Notes: generated by a model not told the origin, from the sequence alone. 53,970 nt of DNA from a virus (IMGVR_UViG_3300025872_000072:1-53970), one strand, 5' to 3'; positions 17,209 through 26,847 are shown, counted from the first letter of the stretch. Program-made: numbers and translations.

Positions 17209-18188
17209 AGTCCCCACCACTTCCAAGTCATCTCAAGACCTCTAGCTAGATCAACCTGCGAGACAAACCCAAGGTTTGTTGCGGCCTGCTCAGTGTTTGC
17301 CCGTGTGTGCTTAATGTCACCAACTCTGGCAGGAGCATTCGACACGTTGATCTTTCCGAATTTCAATCTGAACATGTCGAGAATTTCATTGTTTGAGTAG
17401 CTCCTGCCTGTCCCAATGTTGTATGCCTGCCCTCTAAACGGTTCAGTCCTCGTTGCAGCAAGCAGGTTTGCTCGAACGACATCACCAACAAATACCATGT
17501 CGCGTGACTGCTCACCGTCACCATCTGACCTGAGTGAGTTTCCATTTTTGACGCAGTTGCACCAGGCTGTTATTGCAGTTGCGTATGCAGAATCTCCATA
17601 CTGCCTGGGTCCGTAGACATTGAAGTATCGTAAAGAGACAGCATCAATACCGTGAAGTTCAACTGCGATTCTGATGTAGTCCTCGACAAAGAGCTTCTGT
17701 AGACCGTATGGAGAGCTGGGCTTTGGTCTTGAATCTTCGCCTGTTGGAATCTCAGCATCACCATAGAGTGCGCAAGTGGATGAGAACACGAGCCTCAGTG
17801 GAGACTTACAGTCACGTACAGCTTCAATCAACGAGAGGGAGCGTGTGCAGTTAACGTCTGTGGTCGCCGCAGGGTTCTCTACGGTCTGGCTTACCCTTGG
17901 GTTTGCAGCAAGATGGAAGACCACATCATACCTGCCATCACGAATCCTATCAAGGACATGCCTATCCTCAATGTCAGTCTCGAAGAAGACCACATCATCC
18001 TTCCCCCTCCTGTCATCAATGTGCATTGAAAGGGCAGAAATCACAGGCCTCACCCTCAGATCATCAAGATTCTCAAGCCTGCCTGTTACAAGACTGTCCA
18101 CGATATCAACAGTCCAGCCAGTCTCAACAAGCTTGTGAACAAGATTAGAACCGATGAAACCACAACCACCTGTCACAAGAGCGCGCAT
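17205..18188 (-). CDS. NAD-dependent NDP-sugar epimerase/dehydratase
   Basis: VTGGCGFIGS, HLAA, SPYGLQK (YxxxK), LRYFNVYGP, GDGEQSRD. Confidence 0.95.
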   Translation of the reverse strand: MRALVTGGCGFIGSNLVHKLVETGWTVDIVDSLVTGRLENLDDLRVRPVISALSMHIDDRRGKDDVVFFETDIEDRHVLDRIRDGRYDVVFHLAANPRVSQTVENPAATTDVNCTRSLSLIEAVRDCKSPLRLVFSSTCALYGDAEIPTGEDSRPKPSSPYGLQKLFVEDYIRIAVELHGIDAVSLRYFNVYGPRQYGDSAYATAITAWCNCVKNGNSLRSDGDGEQSRDMVFVGDVVRANLLAATRTEPFRGQAYNIGTGRSYSNNEILDMFRLKFGKINVSNAPARVGDIKHTRANTEQAATNLGFVSQVDLARGLEMTWKWWGL

Positions 18189-18228
18189 AGTACCTCCGAA
18201 CCAATCATACACGTCGTACGTGAGTTGA

Positions 18229-21200
18229 TTAGCACTCCACAAGTTTCATTCGATACATGTTTGTTGAGGCGCCCCAGCCTGAACTGTTCTCGACATCGGC
18301 AACCCAGATGGTATACGGCTTGATATCTCCTTCCTTGACGCTCCAGATCCTAATCCATGTGTTGGCATTGGTAGTGTCAGTCACCTTTGCTCGAGCAAAG
18401 ACCTTATTGTTCTTTGTGGTCTTCATCTCAATTGCAAGGACACAGAACCACACAACATCCTTCTTGCCATCCTCAAGATCACCAAGCGGTGGAATCTCTG
18501 CCTTGTGAATCTTACGCATGATCTCTTCAGGGAAGAGGACATGATGAGGGGCTGAGCCCGATATCTCGGCCTGCATTGCAACCTTCTCAACACGAGACCA
18601 GTCCTCAGTTCCTGTGGTCTCATCGATGAGCCTATCGACTAGTGGCCGAGGCTTCAACTTTGCAGCCTGCTTTGCGGTCATCCCATAGCGGCCCTTCTTC
18701 AGGTCACCATAGTTTCCGATGATGATGTCATGCAGTTGCTTGTGATTTGCAACCTTGCCGCTTATCATCTCATCGATTGAGCCGAATGCCTCCATGCCAA
18801 GGAGGGCTTCGAAGCATCGACGATTGAGCTTTGAGTGTCGCCAGCCACCGTCCTGGTTATAGAGAAGCTCATCAATATTCTTGTAGGGTCGATTCTCGAT
18901 GATCTCATCGACGGCGGCGCCACCAACACCCTTCAGTGAAGAAAGGGGTGGAACGAATGCCTGAAGCTTCTCGGACCATGACCATACGTTTCCTGAGGAG
19001 TTGATGTCAGGAGGCGAGATCTTGTAGCCAAGCTGCTTGATCTCAGACATCATTACCGCCATGCCTTCCACATTGTGGTTTTCTGTCTGTAGGCATGTGG
19101 CAAGCCAGTCATGTGGATAGTAAGTCATCAGCCAGGCACCGTAGTACGAGTCGATGGCATACGCAACCGAGTGGGACTTATTGAAGCCGTACAGTGAGAA
19201 GAATGCAATCGTATCGAACAGGTCAGTTGCCTGTTTCAGGTTGAGGCCTGAACACTCCATACAACCCTTGATGAACTTCTTTTCCAATGCCTCCTTCTCG
19301 TCGGACTTCTTGCCAAGGGAGGTGAGGTCCTTCTTCACCAGGGTCTTTCGCATCTTGTCAGAGTCGCCTGGCGAGAATCCGGCAAGCTTCTGCGCCAGCA
19401 ACATGAACTGTTCCTGGAAGACGATGAACCCACACGTTGGGCCGAGAATCTCCTCGATGACCGGATGATCGTACTTGATCGCAGCCTTGTTCTTCTTCGC
19501 CTCAACATATTTCTTGTGGACGTTAGCCTTTAGGGGACCAGGCCGGTAGATTGCCGTGACGGTCGAGAGGTCGATGATGTTCTCAACCTCAGCCGCCACA
19601 CAGAACTTCCTTGCGCCGTCCGATGTGAACTGGAAGATGCCTGGCCACTTGCCTTGCTGGTAGACATTATCGAACACCTTCCTATCGTTGGGTTCGACAT
19701 ATCGACAGTTGAGCTTGTCATCATAGAACTTCTTAATGTCGACGAATGTCGGTTCACAGGCAAGTTCACGGCGAAGAATTCGACGAATGCAGTCCTCGAC
19801 CATCTGCATTTGCTTCAGACCAAGGAAGTCGAACTTGAGGAAGCCGTTCTCTTCAAGGTTTCGAATGTTGACACCCTCGGTCCACGGAGTCTGGAGTTCG
19901 CCTCGGACAGCAATGAGAGGCATGTGCTTCTCAAGTTCGGGACAGACGAGGACACCGCCGGCATGACGACCGATCGATCGATTCATCATGAAGAGAGATC
20001 GAACCTGGGACTCGACGTGTGGGTACTTCTCCATGAACTCACGGTACCTTGCCGAGTGCTCCATACAATCCTCATGCTTGAGGATGAACATGGACTTCTC
20101 CATGTTTGGGTCACGTGACTTATCAGCAACCTCCCTCTCAAGGGGACCTGTGACGGCATTCACCTCATCAAAAGGAATCTGGTAGAACTTTGAGACGTCC
20201 TTCACCAGGGACTTGAGCTTGAGGGTGTTGAAGTTAGAGACCGGAATAACAGACTCATCACCGAAGATCTCACGTGCGGCATCAATCAAGGCATCACGGT
20301 TTCCGACATCCGTGTCGATATCAGGCCAACCTGCTCGATGGCGTCCAAGGAATCGTTCCCAAAGGAGGTCGTACTTTAGTGGATCGACATGGGTGATTCC
20401 AAGGAGGTAGTTGACAAGCGAGCCTGCACCGGAACCACGACCGGCGCCTGGCAGGGTTCGATTCTCAGCGACCTTGAACACCTTCTGGAGGGTCAGGAAG
20501 TAGTTCTCGAAGCCAAGATGCTTGATATCACCAAGCTCGAACTTGGCACGCTCGACATATTCCTTGTTGTTTGCCAATCCTTCATCGATAAGCGCCTGCT
20601 TCACAAGCCCAGTGAGCTGGCTCATTGCCGTGCTTTCACTCGTTGAGAATGATGGAAGCTTTGCCTTGTCCTCGAACCAGATCTCCTCGCAAAGGTTCCA
20701 GGCAATATCATGACCGCGCTCAATGGAGTCCTTTACGATACCCTCCTTGCCGCGATAGAACTCAAACTTTTCCCAACGCTCGAGGAACTCACCCCACATC
20801 TGGGTGTGGTTCTTTGGATAGAGTTCAGCCTTCAGCTGTTCCTTAGTCGGTAGGACGGGAGCAGTTCCGTCGTTCTTGATTCGACCTGGCTGAAGCTGAC
20901 GATAGATTTCACGAGATTCCCAGGCATCAGGCGACGGGTAGTGGGCATCCGAGGTCGTAAGAAGGTTGATGCCTGTCCTATCTGCAAGTTCAAGCATGCA
21001 CATGTTCGTGAGGTCCTGTGCACCAAGCTTATTGAACTGCATCTCAAGGAAGAAGTTCTCGCGGCCAACGCAATCTACGAACCGATCGACCATGTTCGTA
21101 AGCCTGCCCATGATGCGATTCAGCATGGCAGGATCAGTGATGAGATCGGGACTCAGCTGGTCGAACTTTGCTTCAGGAAATTCGCGGTAGATGAGACCAC

Positions 21201-21777
21201 TTGGATAGCCTCCAACACAGGCGGTGGAAACAACAAGGCCCTCACCATGTTCCCTGAGCATGTTGAAGTCAATACGAGGAAACTTGTAGAATCCATCCTT
21301 GAAGGACTTCTTGACCAGAGTGAAGAGGTTGGAGAGTCCGACACGGTTCTTTGCAACAACGACGAGATGATAACGTCGGTTTGGATTGTCTTCCTGCTCG
21401 GTACGAGTCTCATCGGCATCTTCGACGACGAGACCTGCCGCCTCCTCATCTTGGTCAGGTGCGGACTCGCCTGAGAGGTCTTCAAGCTTCACCTTGGAAG
21501 CCTCGTAGGTTCGCTTCCACTCCTTCAGGTCAGGAACAAAGTAGAATTCAACGCCATAAAGTTGACGGAACTGCTTGCCCTTGGACTTTACCTTCTTTGC
21601 ATGCGCATGCGCATGTGCAAGACCGTTGCCGTTGCCGTGGTCGGTCAAAGACCATGAATCGAGACCATTGTTCAGGCAGAAGTCGATGTGCTCAGCAGGA
21701 TTGCCGAGACCATCGTACGGTGAGAATGTCGAGTGATTGTGAAGGCTTGCATACCGTGTTGGCGCAGAAAAGTTCAT
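18229..21777 (-). CDS. dnaE: DNA polymerase III alpha subunit (family C)
   Basis: PHP domain (HNHS, LTDHG), GRGSGAGSL, PDIDTD, KFDFLGL, YGFNKSHS. No intein seen. Confidence 0.97.
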   Translation of the reverse strand: MNFSAPTRYASLHNHSTFSPYDGLGNPAEHIDFCLNNGLDSWSLTDHGNGNGLAHAHAHAKKVKSKGKQFRQLYGVEFYFVPDLKEWKRTYEASKVKLEDLSGESAPDQDEEAAGLVVEDADETRTEQEDNPNRRYHLVVVAKNRVGLSNLFTLVKKSFKDGFYKFPRIDFNMLREHGEGLVVSTACVGGYPSGLIYREFPEAKFDQLSPDLITDPAMLNRIMGRLTNMVDRFVDCVGRENFFLEMQFNKLGAQDLTNMCMLELADRTGINLLTTSDAHYPSPDAWESREIYRQLQPGRIKNDGTAPVLPTKEQLKAELYPKNHTQMWGEFLERWEKFEFYRGKEGIVKDSIERGHDIAWNLCEEIWFEDKAKLPSFSTSESTAMSQLTGLVKQALIDEGLANNKEYVERAKFELGDIKHLGFENYFLTLQKVFKVAENRTLPGAGRGSGAGSLVNYLLGITHVDPLKYDLLWERFLGRHRAGWPDIDTDVGNRDALIDAAREIFGDESVIPVSNFNTLKLKSLVKDVSKFYQIPFDEVNAVTGPLEREVADKSRDPNMEKSMFILKHEDCMEHSARYREFMEKYPHVESQVRSLFMMNRSIGRHAGGVLVCPELEKHMPLIAVRGELQTPWTEGVNIRNLEENGFLKFDFLGLKQMQMVEDCIRRILRRELACEPTFVDIKKFYDDKLNCRYVEPNDRKVFDNVYQQGKWPGIFQFTSDGARKFCVAAEVENIIDLSTVTAIYRPGPLKANVHKKYVEAKKNKAAIKYDHPVIEEILGPTCGFIVFQEQFMLLAQKLAGFSPGDSDKMRKTLVKKDLTSLGKKSDEKEALEKKFIKGCMECSGLNLKQATDLFDTIAFFSLYGFNKSHSVAYAIDSYYGAWLMTYYPHDWLATCLQTENHNVEGMAVMMSEIKQLGYKISPPDINSSGNVWSWSEKLQAFVPPLSSLKGVGGAAVDEIIENRPYKNIDELLYNQDGGWRHSKLNRRCFEALLGMEAFGSIDEMISGKVANHKQLHDIIIGNYGDLKKGRYGMTAKQAAKLKPRPLVDRLIDETTGTEDWSRVEKVAMQAEISGSAPHHVLFPEEIMRKIHKAEIPPLGDLEDGKKDVVWFCVLAIEMKTTKNNKVFARAKVTDTTNANTWIRIWSVKEGDIKPYTIWVADVENSSGWGASTNMYRMKLVEC

Positions 21778-21842
21778 CAGGCCGCTCCTGTTAGGACGAT
21801 TGACTTACAATCAAATCCTATTAGGAACGGCCTGATGTTCAA
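21775..21842 (-). promoter_or_regulatory. dnaE promoter TTGAAC-N16-TAGGAT inside a long RBS/ATG-sequestering hairpin
   Basis: On the mRNA strand CATCAGGCCGTTCCT pairs with AGGAGCGGCCTGATG (15 bp, one G-U). Inner stems are TAGGAT/GTCCTA and GATTG/CAATC. Confidence 0.8.
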
Positions 21843-21860
21843 TCAGGAGTGGTGCTTAGA

Positions 21861-22295
21861 CTACTCGATGTGACCGTAGTACGGCTCGAATAGGACCTTT
21901 CGCTCGTCAATGCAGCGCTTCAGGTAATCACGAAGCTCATCGTAACTCGTGGTCACCTTCACGCCTGACTGGGCCAGCATCAGGTTGAAGTTGCCAGTGA
22001 GACCCTGGGCAAAGTAAACGATCGGAACGTTTGCATTGTATGCCACACCTGCCTCGAAGATCGTGCCCATGTCCTTGTCTCGCGTGTTGCAAAGGACAAA
22101 GTCGGCAGTTCGAATGTGCTCAATGTTTCCCTTGAACGTGTCCTTCTGGACGTCAAGAGAAGCATTTGGTGGACAGATGAAGATCTTGCGTGGAGATGCC
22201 ACGTTGAGACCGAGGTCACCGAGAAGATTCTCAAGTGCCTCAACCTCTTCAAGAGCCTTGGGTGTGAACCAGCCAGATGCGAGATATACCTTCAT
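21861..22295 (-). CDS. Nucleoside 2-deoxyribosyltransferase / nucleotide N-hydrolase family
   Basis: VYLASGWF, DMGTIFEAGVAY, NLML. Confidence 0.88.
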   Translation of the reverse strand: MKVYLASGWFTPKALEEVEALENLLGDLGLNVASPRKIFICPPNASLDVQKDTFKGNIEHIRTADFVLCNTRDKDMGTIFEAGVAYNANVPIVYFAQGLTGNFNLMLAQSGVKVTTSYDELRDYLKRCIDERKVLFEPYYGHIE

Positions 22296-22306
22296 GTTTC
22301 TATTCC

Positions 22307-22876
22307 TCAGTAGTTGAGATTGATATTGTTTGCTGAGATTCCGAATTGTTCAACATTCGATCTGATGGACTCCAGCAACTCTTTCGTTCCTGCAAAGAAC
22401 ACCTGCGTTCCAACAGGAAACTTGTCAACCCCGAAAGGGGTCAAAGGAGTTGCTGGACGATCACTTTCCCTTGTGACCCACGAGATCCCACCTGCACTCT
22501 CAACATTCTTCTGGAACGGGTGGGGCCAACGAGAGTATGAAACAAACCATGTGCGAAGACCTGCATTGCGACGATAGTCAAGGACGCTGATACAAGCTCC
22601 GATGCCAGTTCCTCCGCATATGACTACGGCATTTTCGCAGTCAACATTCGGAAAACCATTCCCAGCTGGACCAGACAGGTCCACATCAGAACCGACATCA
22701 ACATCAAGCGGCCCCCCATGACGAGTGAGCACAGTTACCTCGCCATCGCTGGACTCAGCAACGGCAAAGTACCTGCCACCAATCACGACACACTGCCCAG
22801 GCTTCACTTCAGAATCAAGTGCATATGAGACTGTCATGAAATCAGGGCCAACATTCTTCCTTGTGACCTTTGCCAT
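22307..22876 (-). CDS. Ferredoxin-NADP reductase-like flavoprotein (PyrK-like, no Fe-S tail)
   Basis: PGQ, RYFAV, GPAGNGF, ICGGTGIG, FAGT. Confidence 0.75.
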   Translation of the reverse strand: MAKVTRKNVGPDFMTVSYALDSEVKPGQCVVIGGRYFAVAESSDGEVTVLTRHGGPLDVDVGSDVDLSGPAGNGFPNVDCENAVVICGGTGIGACISVLDYRRNAGLRTWFVSYSRWPHPFQKNVESAGGISWVTRESDRPATPLTPFGVDKFPVGTQVFFAGTKELLESIRSNVEQFGISANNINLNY

Positions 22877-22877
22877 A

Positions 22878-23414
22878 CTACACCCAAGCCTTCACGAGGC
22901 CTTGCATTGTTTCTCGCATCTCGCGGTCAAGGTCCTCATCATCAACATTCACCAGCACCGTCTTACACTTGGTCCACTTTGCAAACTGCATGTAGAGGTC
23001 ATGAATCCTTGTGATGTTGTCGTTGATGTTGTCATACTCATCCTTGACACCTGCATACGAGGATCGATGAGGAATGACGATGACCGTGCCAAGCCTTGCA
23101 TGACGTTCATCAAGCTGCCGAAGGAGCTCAAAGTCAGTCTGCCTTCCGAGGGCTTGAGAGTATATCCACTCGGAAGGCCAGGCGCGGTCGAGGATTACCG
23201 ATGAATCAGAGGACTCGAGGTACGAGGTGAAGTAAGTGTCCACATAGCGGATCGCATTGAGGAAGTAGCTTGGGTCCTTGAGGAAGTACTCGTGTTCCGC
23301 GGTATTCTTGAAGTACGGGATACCGAGTCGACGGCTAAGCTCCTTTGCCTGCTCGGTTTTTCCCGTGCGATCTGGACCATCGTAAATGATGATTCTTTGT
23401 GTTTGCTTATTCAA
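22878..23414 (-). CDS. dNMP (thymidylate-type) kinase
   Basis: IIYDGPDRTGKT P-loop and LDRAWPSEWIY. Confidence 0.85.
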   Translation of the reverse strand: MNKQTQRIIIYDGPDRTGKTEQAKELSRRLGIPYFKNTAEHEYFLKDPSYFLNAIRYVDTYFTSYLESSDSSVILDRAWPSEWIYSQALGRQTDFELLRQLDERHARLGTVIVIPHRSSYAGVKDEYDNINDNITRIHDLYMQFAKWTKCKTVLVNVDDEDLDREMRETMQGLVKAWV

Positions 23415-23423
23415 TTACAACTC

Positions 23424-24203
23424 CTAAAGAAGGACAACGTCAGAATTGCTTGCAGCTTCAGACTTTGTGATTGTAGTAGACAACTCGGTAAAGATCAAAA
23501 ATGTCAATCCATTTTGAGAACAAAAGTTTTCTGCAGCCTCAAACTTCATGAGATTCGACCTTGTCTTCACAAGCTTAATGGGTTTTGCCTCAATCAATAG
23601 TCCAAGCTCCTCAATCAAAAAGTCAGGACGATATGTCCTTTGTGTTTCTGCGTCCTTGTACGGAATGAGAAAGGGCTCATGACGCATTTTCTCAAGAGGA
23701 ATTCCCTCTCTTTCATAGTGCATCATGCAAGTCAATTCAAGCAAACTCCTAAAGTAGCAGCCTTTGTAGTATCCCTTTGTGCCCTTGCCTGAGAGCTTTG
23801 GTGCAGGTTTCCCATACATTGGGTTCCTTTCACCGGGATGAGACTTTTTGCTTGAGATCTGCGCAGCCCGCTCAGGTCCATACATCTCAGCATCAGACTT
23901 TCCCTTTCTAGCTCTGCACCATTCATGAGCCTTTTTTATCTGGTCATTTCTCCCATACATGGGATTCCTTTCGCCAGATGTGACAATGCTCATAGTTTTT
24001 ATGAACTCTTCGTGCCTTTTTGTGCCTTCTTCATCGCCATATCTTTCAACAAGAAATGCTAATGACATGTTCATGCCCTTTATTGCGTTGGCATTTCTAG
24101 TTCCTTTTGCATGCCCATGCTTATTAGAACATGACTTGCTGCAGAACTTTTTACCCTTATTCAAGGGGCCATCGCAAAATAAGCACTTTTTGACATCTTC
24201 CAT
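23424..24203 (-). CDS. Free-standing homing endonuclease (Zn finger, NUMOD3-like repeats, TnsA-like PD-(D/E)xK domain)
   Basis: CLFC...FCSKSC, two GERNPMYG repeats, FRSLLE...YRPDFLI...IEAKP. Visibly AT-richer than its flanks. Confidence 0.78.
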   Translation of the reverse strand: MEDVKKCLFCDGPLNKGKKFCSKSCSNKHGHAKGTRNANAIKGMNMSLAFLVERYGDEEGTKRHEEFIKTMSIVTSGERNPMYGRNDQIKKAHEWCRARKGKSDAEMYGPERAAQISSKKSHPGERNPMYGKPAPKLSGKGTKGYYKGCYFRSLLELTCMMHYEREGIPLEKMRHEPFLIPYKDAETQRTYRPDFLIEELGLLIEAKPIKLVKTRSNLMKFEAAENFCSQNGLTFLIFTELSTTITKSEAASNSDVVLL

Positions 24204-24206
24204 GGC

Positions 24207-24236
24207 GTATCCTCCTACCTTTAATTAGGAGGATAC
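24207..24236 (-). promoter_or_regulatory. SD-sequestering hairpin of the homing endonuclease
   Basis: Perfect 11-bp GTATCCTCCTA/TAGGAGGATAC stem containing AGGAGG, with late-like TAATTA at the loop. Confidence 0.8.
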
Positions 24237-24280
24237 AATCCACATGTGTCAGATCCCTCAAAAGAAGGCCAAACTATCTC

Positions 24281-25207
24281 TTACTTTCCCTCGACCTTAC
24301 GGATTCGTGCCTCGTAACCGATGGTCTTCCAGTCCTCGATCATCTCCTTCTCACCTGGGAAGAGGAGGTGGTCAGGAAGCTCCTGTAGCTCGAAGAACCA
24401 TGCGGACTTCTCGAACTTCCAGTCAGGCTGATTCTCAGGATTCGTGAGGGATGGAATGTGCTTGCCGGCGGAAGGGGCACGACCGGTGTTACCGAAGACC
24501 TTGTCGGTGTTGAGACAGGTCTTATTCGCACCCATCGCCTCGAGCTTGGTGAGGAGGTTTGCCCAACCGGAACCCTTCACCTTCTCAGTGCCGTCCTCGT
24601 TGAGGTGTGCCTTGATGAGCTCATGACGAATGAGACGACCGATGAGGTTGAGCTCGTCGGTGAGGCCGTTCTCACAGCGGCGGGCAAAGTAACCACGAAG
24701 TGCCATGAAGTTGACGACACAAACGAGGTTGGTCTGCTGGCCATGGAATGTCATGTAACGACAGTCCTGTGGAGGAACACCCGCATCAACCATCTGATCA
24801 TAAAGGGCCTGGGACTGCTGGACAAGCGCGGCTGCCTTCTCACCAAAGAGAGGGTGCTCGTAGATATTCTTGGGAATCGTCACACGATGCTCGATGGCCT
24901 CCGGCATCTGGGAAGTGACACAGTAAGCCCAACCAACCCGACCACGGGTAAACTGTGCCAGACCAACGCGGCTAATTCCCTCAACACGGATCTGGAAGTT
25001 GAGAGCCTCCTGTGGAACAGGAAGCGCGGTACCAGCAAGGACCTCCTTGCAGGCCTCAATGTGCTTTGGGTTGGTGTGATCGTATTCCTGGTTACGAAGA
25101 GAGTACCAGGTCTCACGGTACCAGTTCCAGAACATCTGGTATGGATTGTCAATGCCAGAATCGAGAAGGGTTACCTTGATATCGCCAAAGCCGTTTGAAA
25201 TGCTCAC
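24281..25207 (-). CDS. Divergent ThyX-fold (flavin-dependent thymidylate synthase-like) protein
   Basis: FQIRVEGISRVGLAQFTRGR, AGVPPQDCRY, T..V..VNF..L..YF..R. The ThyX motif RHR-x8-SxR is changed to RGR-x8-SQM. Confidence 0.75.
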   Translation of the reverse strand: MSISNGFGDIKVTLLDSGIDNPYQMFWNWYRETWYSLRNQEYDHTNPKHIEACKEVLAGTALPVPQEALNFQIRVEGISRVGLAQFTRGRVGWAYCVTSQMPEAIEHRVTIPKNIYEHPLFGEKAAALVQQSQALYDQMVDAGVPPQDCRYMTFHGQQTNLVCVVNFMALRGYFARRCENGLTDELNLIGRLIRHELIKAHLNEDGTEKVKGSGWANLLTKLEAMGANKTCLNTDKVFGNTGRAPSAGKHIPSLTNPENQPDWKFEKSAWFFELQELPDHLLFPGEKEMIEDWKTIGYEARIRKVEGK

Positions 25208-26145
25208 TTTACCTCCAGACTGTTGATAATTGAACGAAACTCGGATGAGTTGCCGTACATAGAAATGTTTCTTACGCCTTCAAGTTGTTCATTGTATGGG
25301 ACCCTTGGTGACAGGGTCATTACGCCATGGGATGCGTATTCAAGGGCATGCTTCGGTGAATCGTCAATTGCAAAGAGAACATGACCCTTAGTGTAGAAGT
25401 CTTGACCGTATAACCAACGATACTTCTCAGGACTGAATGCGACCCCATCGAATGGAACACCATTCTCCTGCAACCAGGAGAACGTTGAGCATTCAACCAT
25501 TGGGTTCTCTTGCGGTCGAGCCGTGAGGATCTGGACCCAGACTCCTCGACTCGAAAGGGCACGAAGCTCATTTACGAGCCAATCAATGGGACGAAGCCGC
25601 GCCATGCCACCCTCATTGATAAACTCATCAAATGCGCGGCTTGGTTCAAGCCCTGCATCAAGAAGCGCCTGGGTATTGTAGTACTCCTTTCCAGTAAGGT
25701 TAGTCTTTACACCCCTCTTCCCAAGCCAATCGTAGAAGTCAGTCCTGAAGTCTGCAATCACGTCGTCCATGTCAACGATGACGACAGGCTCACCTGACCA
25801 CTTCTTTGTCAGCAGCCTCTGTCGGATGCTGAGGTGGGAGTCACGTAGTTCCATTGCAAACTCAAGGTCTTCATGGGTAAAATCCCATGTGTTCAGGATT
25901 GCTGCGACATACCTGATGACATCAACCGACTCAAACAACATCTTGTTTCGATTCAGGAACCTGTCATCGATGTGATGCCTGAAGTTGATGCTGTTGGTAA
26001 GCTGGCCTACCTCATTGTGAAGCGAGAGGAGGAGGGTCTTTGTTAGTTCAAGCCTTCCCTCATCGTCCTTTCCAAACTGGCCAACAGTCTCACCAAAGAG
26101 ACGCTGTGAATAGAGGATGCCCTTTACTGTGTTGAAGTTCTTCAT
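25204..26145 (-). CDS. Fusion of an all-alpha NTP pyrophosphatase (MazG/dUTPase-like) and a HAD 5'(3')-deoxyribonucleotidase
   Basis: N-terminal LHNEVGQL...FESVDV; C-terminal VDMDDVIADF, LTARP, IDDSP. Confidence 0.75.
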   Translation of the reverse strand: MKNFNTVKGILYSQRLFGETVGQFGKDDEGRLELTKTLLLSLHNEVGQLTNSINFRHHIDDRFLNRNKMLFESVDVIRYVAAILNTWDFTHEDLEFAMELRDSHLSIRQRLLTKKWSGEPVVIVDMDDVIADFRTDFYDWLGKRGVKTNLTGKEYYNTQALLDAGLEPSRAFDEFINEGGMARLRPIDWLVNELRALSSRGVWVQILTARPQENPMVECSTFSWLQENGVPFDGVAFSPEKYRWLYGQDFYTKGHVLFAIDDSPKHALEYASHGVMTLSPRVPYNEQLEGVRNISMYGNSSEFRSIINSLEVK

Positions 26146-26178
26146 GATTCATTGTAATATGATAGAAGAACTGTTCAA
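26136..26178 (-). promoter_or_regulatory. Promoter TTGAAC-N16-TACAAT with a start-sequestering hairpin
   Basis: AGTTCTTC/GAAGAACT 8-bp stem pairs the promoter spacer with the first codons. The start is leaderless-type. Confidence 0.65.
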
Positions 26179-26408
26179 CCCACCTTGACAAAGTCTTCGG
26201 CAGGCAATCCTCTATACACACACCCATCAGACGGATTGATGACATCTATGACGATTCCAACCGATATAACCCTGTCTGACCAGAAGACATTGCCCTCATG
26301 GAGGCCTCGCAATACAAGAAAGACTGTGTCCTCAGATATGTCCCAGGAGTTCTTGTTGATAATCACACTTGAGTGTGTGACCCTCTTTACTAGATCACCT
26401 GCCTTCAA
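26175..26408 (-). CDS. Small hypothetical protein (SH3/KOW-like, MKAGDLV)
   Basis: 77-aa ORF coupled to its neighbours. Confidence 0.55.
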   Translation of the reverse strand: MKAGDLVKRVTHSSVIINKNSWDISEDTVFLVLRGLHEGNVFWSDRVISVGIVIDVINPSDGCVYRGLPAEDFVKVG

Positions 26409-26599
26409 CTCTTGAGCACCAAGGTGTGAAATCCAGCAGGATAGTAGCGGACTTGACCCTCAACCTGTATGGCATAGTGCTTTAGGTGCGGATAGCGAGC
26501 CTGCACGTCCTTCGATGGAACGCCAAGTCCAAGGTACTGTCCTGTTGCACAGATGTTTCCACCCTCATCAATCACGTTGACCCAATTTCCGACGTCCAT
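26405..26599 (-). CDS. Small hypothetical protein
   Basis: 64 aa with GAGG SD. Confidence 0.6.
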   Translation of the reverse strand: MDVGNWVNVIDEGGNICATGQYLGLGVPSKDVQARYPHLKHYAIQVEGQVRYYPAGFHTLVLKS

Positions 26600-26605
26600 G
26601 TTACC

Positions 26606-26836
26606 TCACAGGGGGTTGTTCTTGTAGTGTTCAATGATTCCAAGGATTGTGTCAAGGTCATCGTCCTCGCACTCCTTGTAATTTTTGCCCATATCATGGG
26701 TTATCATGTCCCATATGAAAGAGTAGGGATTGAGAGCGGGCAGCTCATGCACGTCTTCCATGGTCTTGAAAAGGTGGTCTCCCGCCTTTCTCACTTCGTT
26801 CTTGATCGTGTTGGAGACTTCGTTCGATAGAGGCAA
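26606..26836 (-). CDS. Hypothetical protein, paralog of 26848..27078
   Basis: Shared AG.HL...N....W......GK.YK.C..D....IL..IEHYKNNP. Confidence 0.7.
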   Translation of the reverse strand: MPLSNEVSNTIKNEVRKAGDHLFKTMEDVHELPALNPYSFIWDMITHDMGKNYKECEDDDLDTILGIIEHYKNNPL

Positions 26837-26847
26837 TTCTTTTCCGA

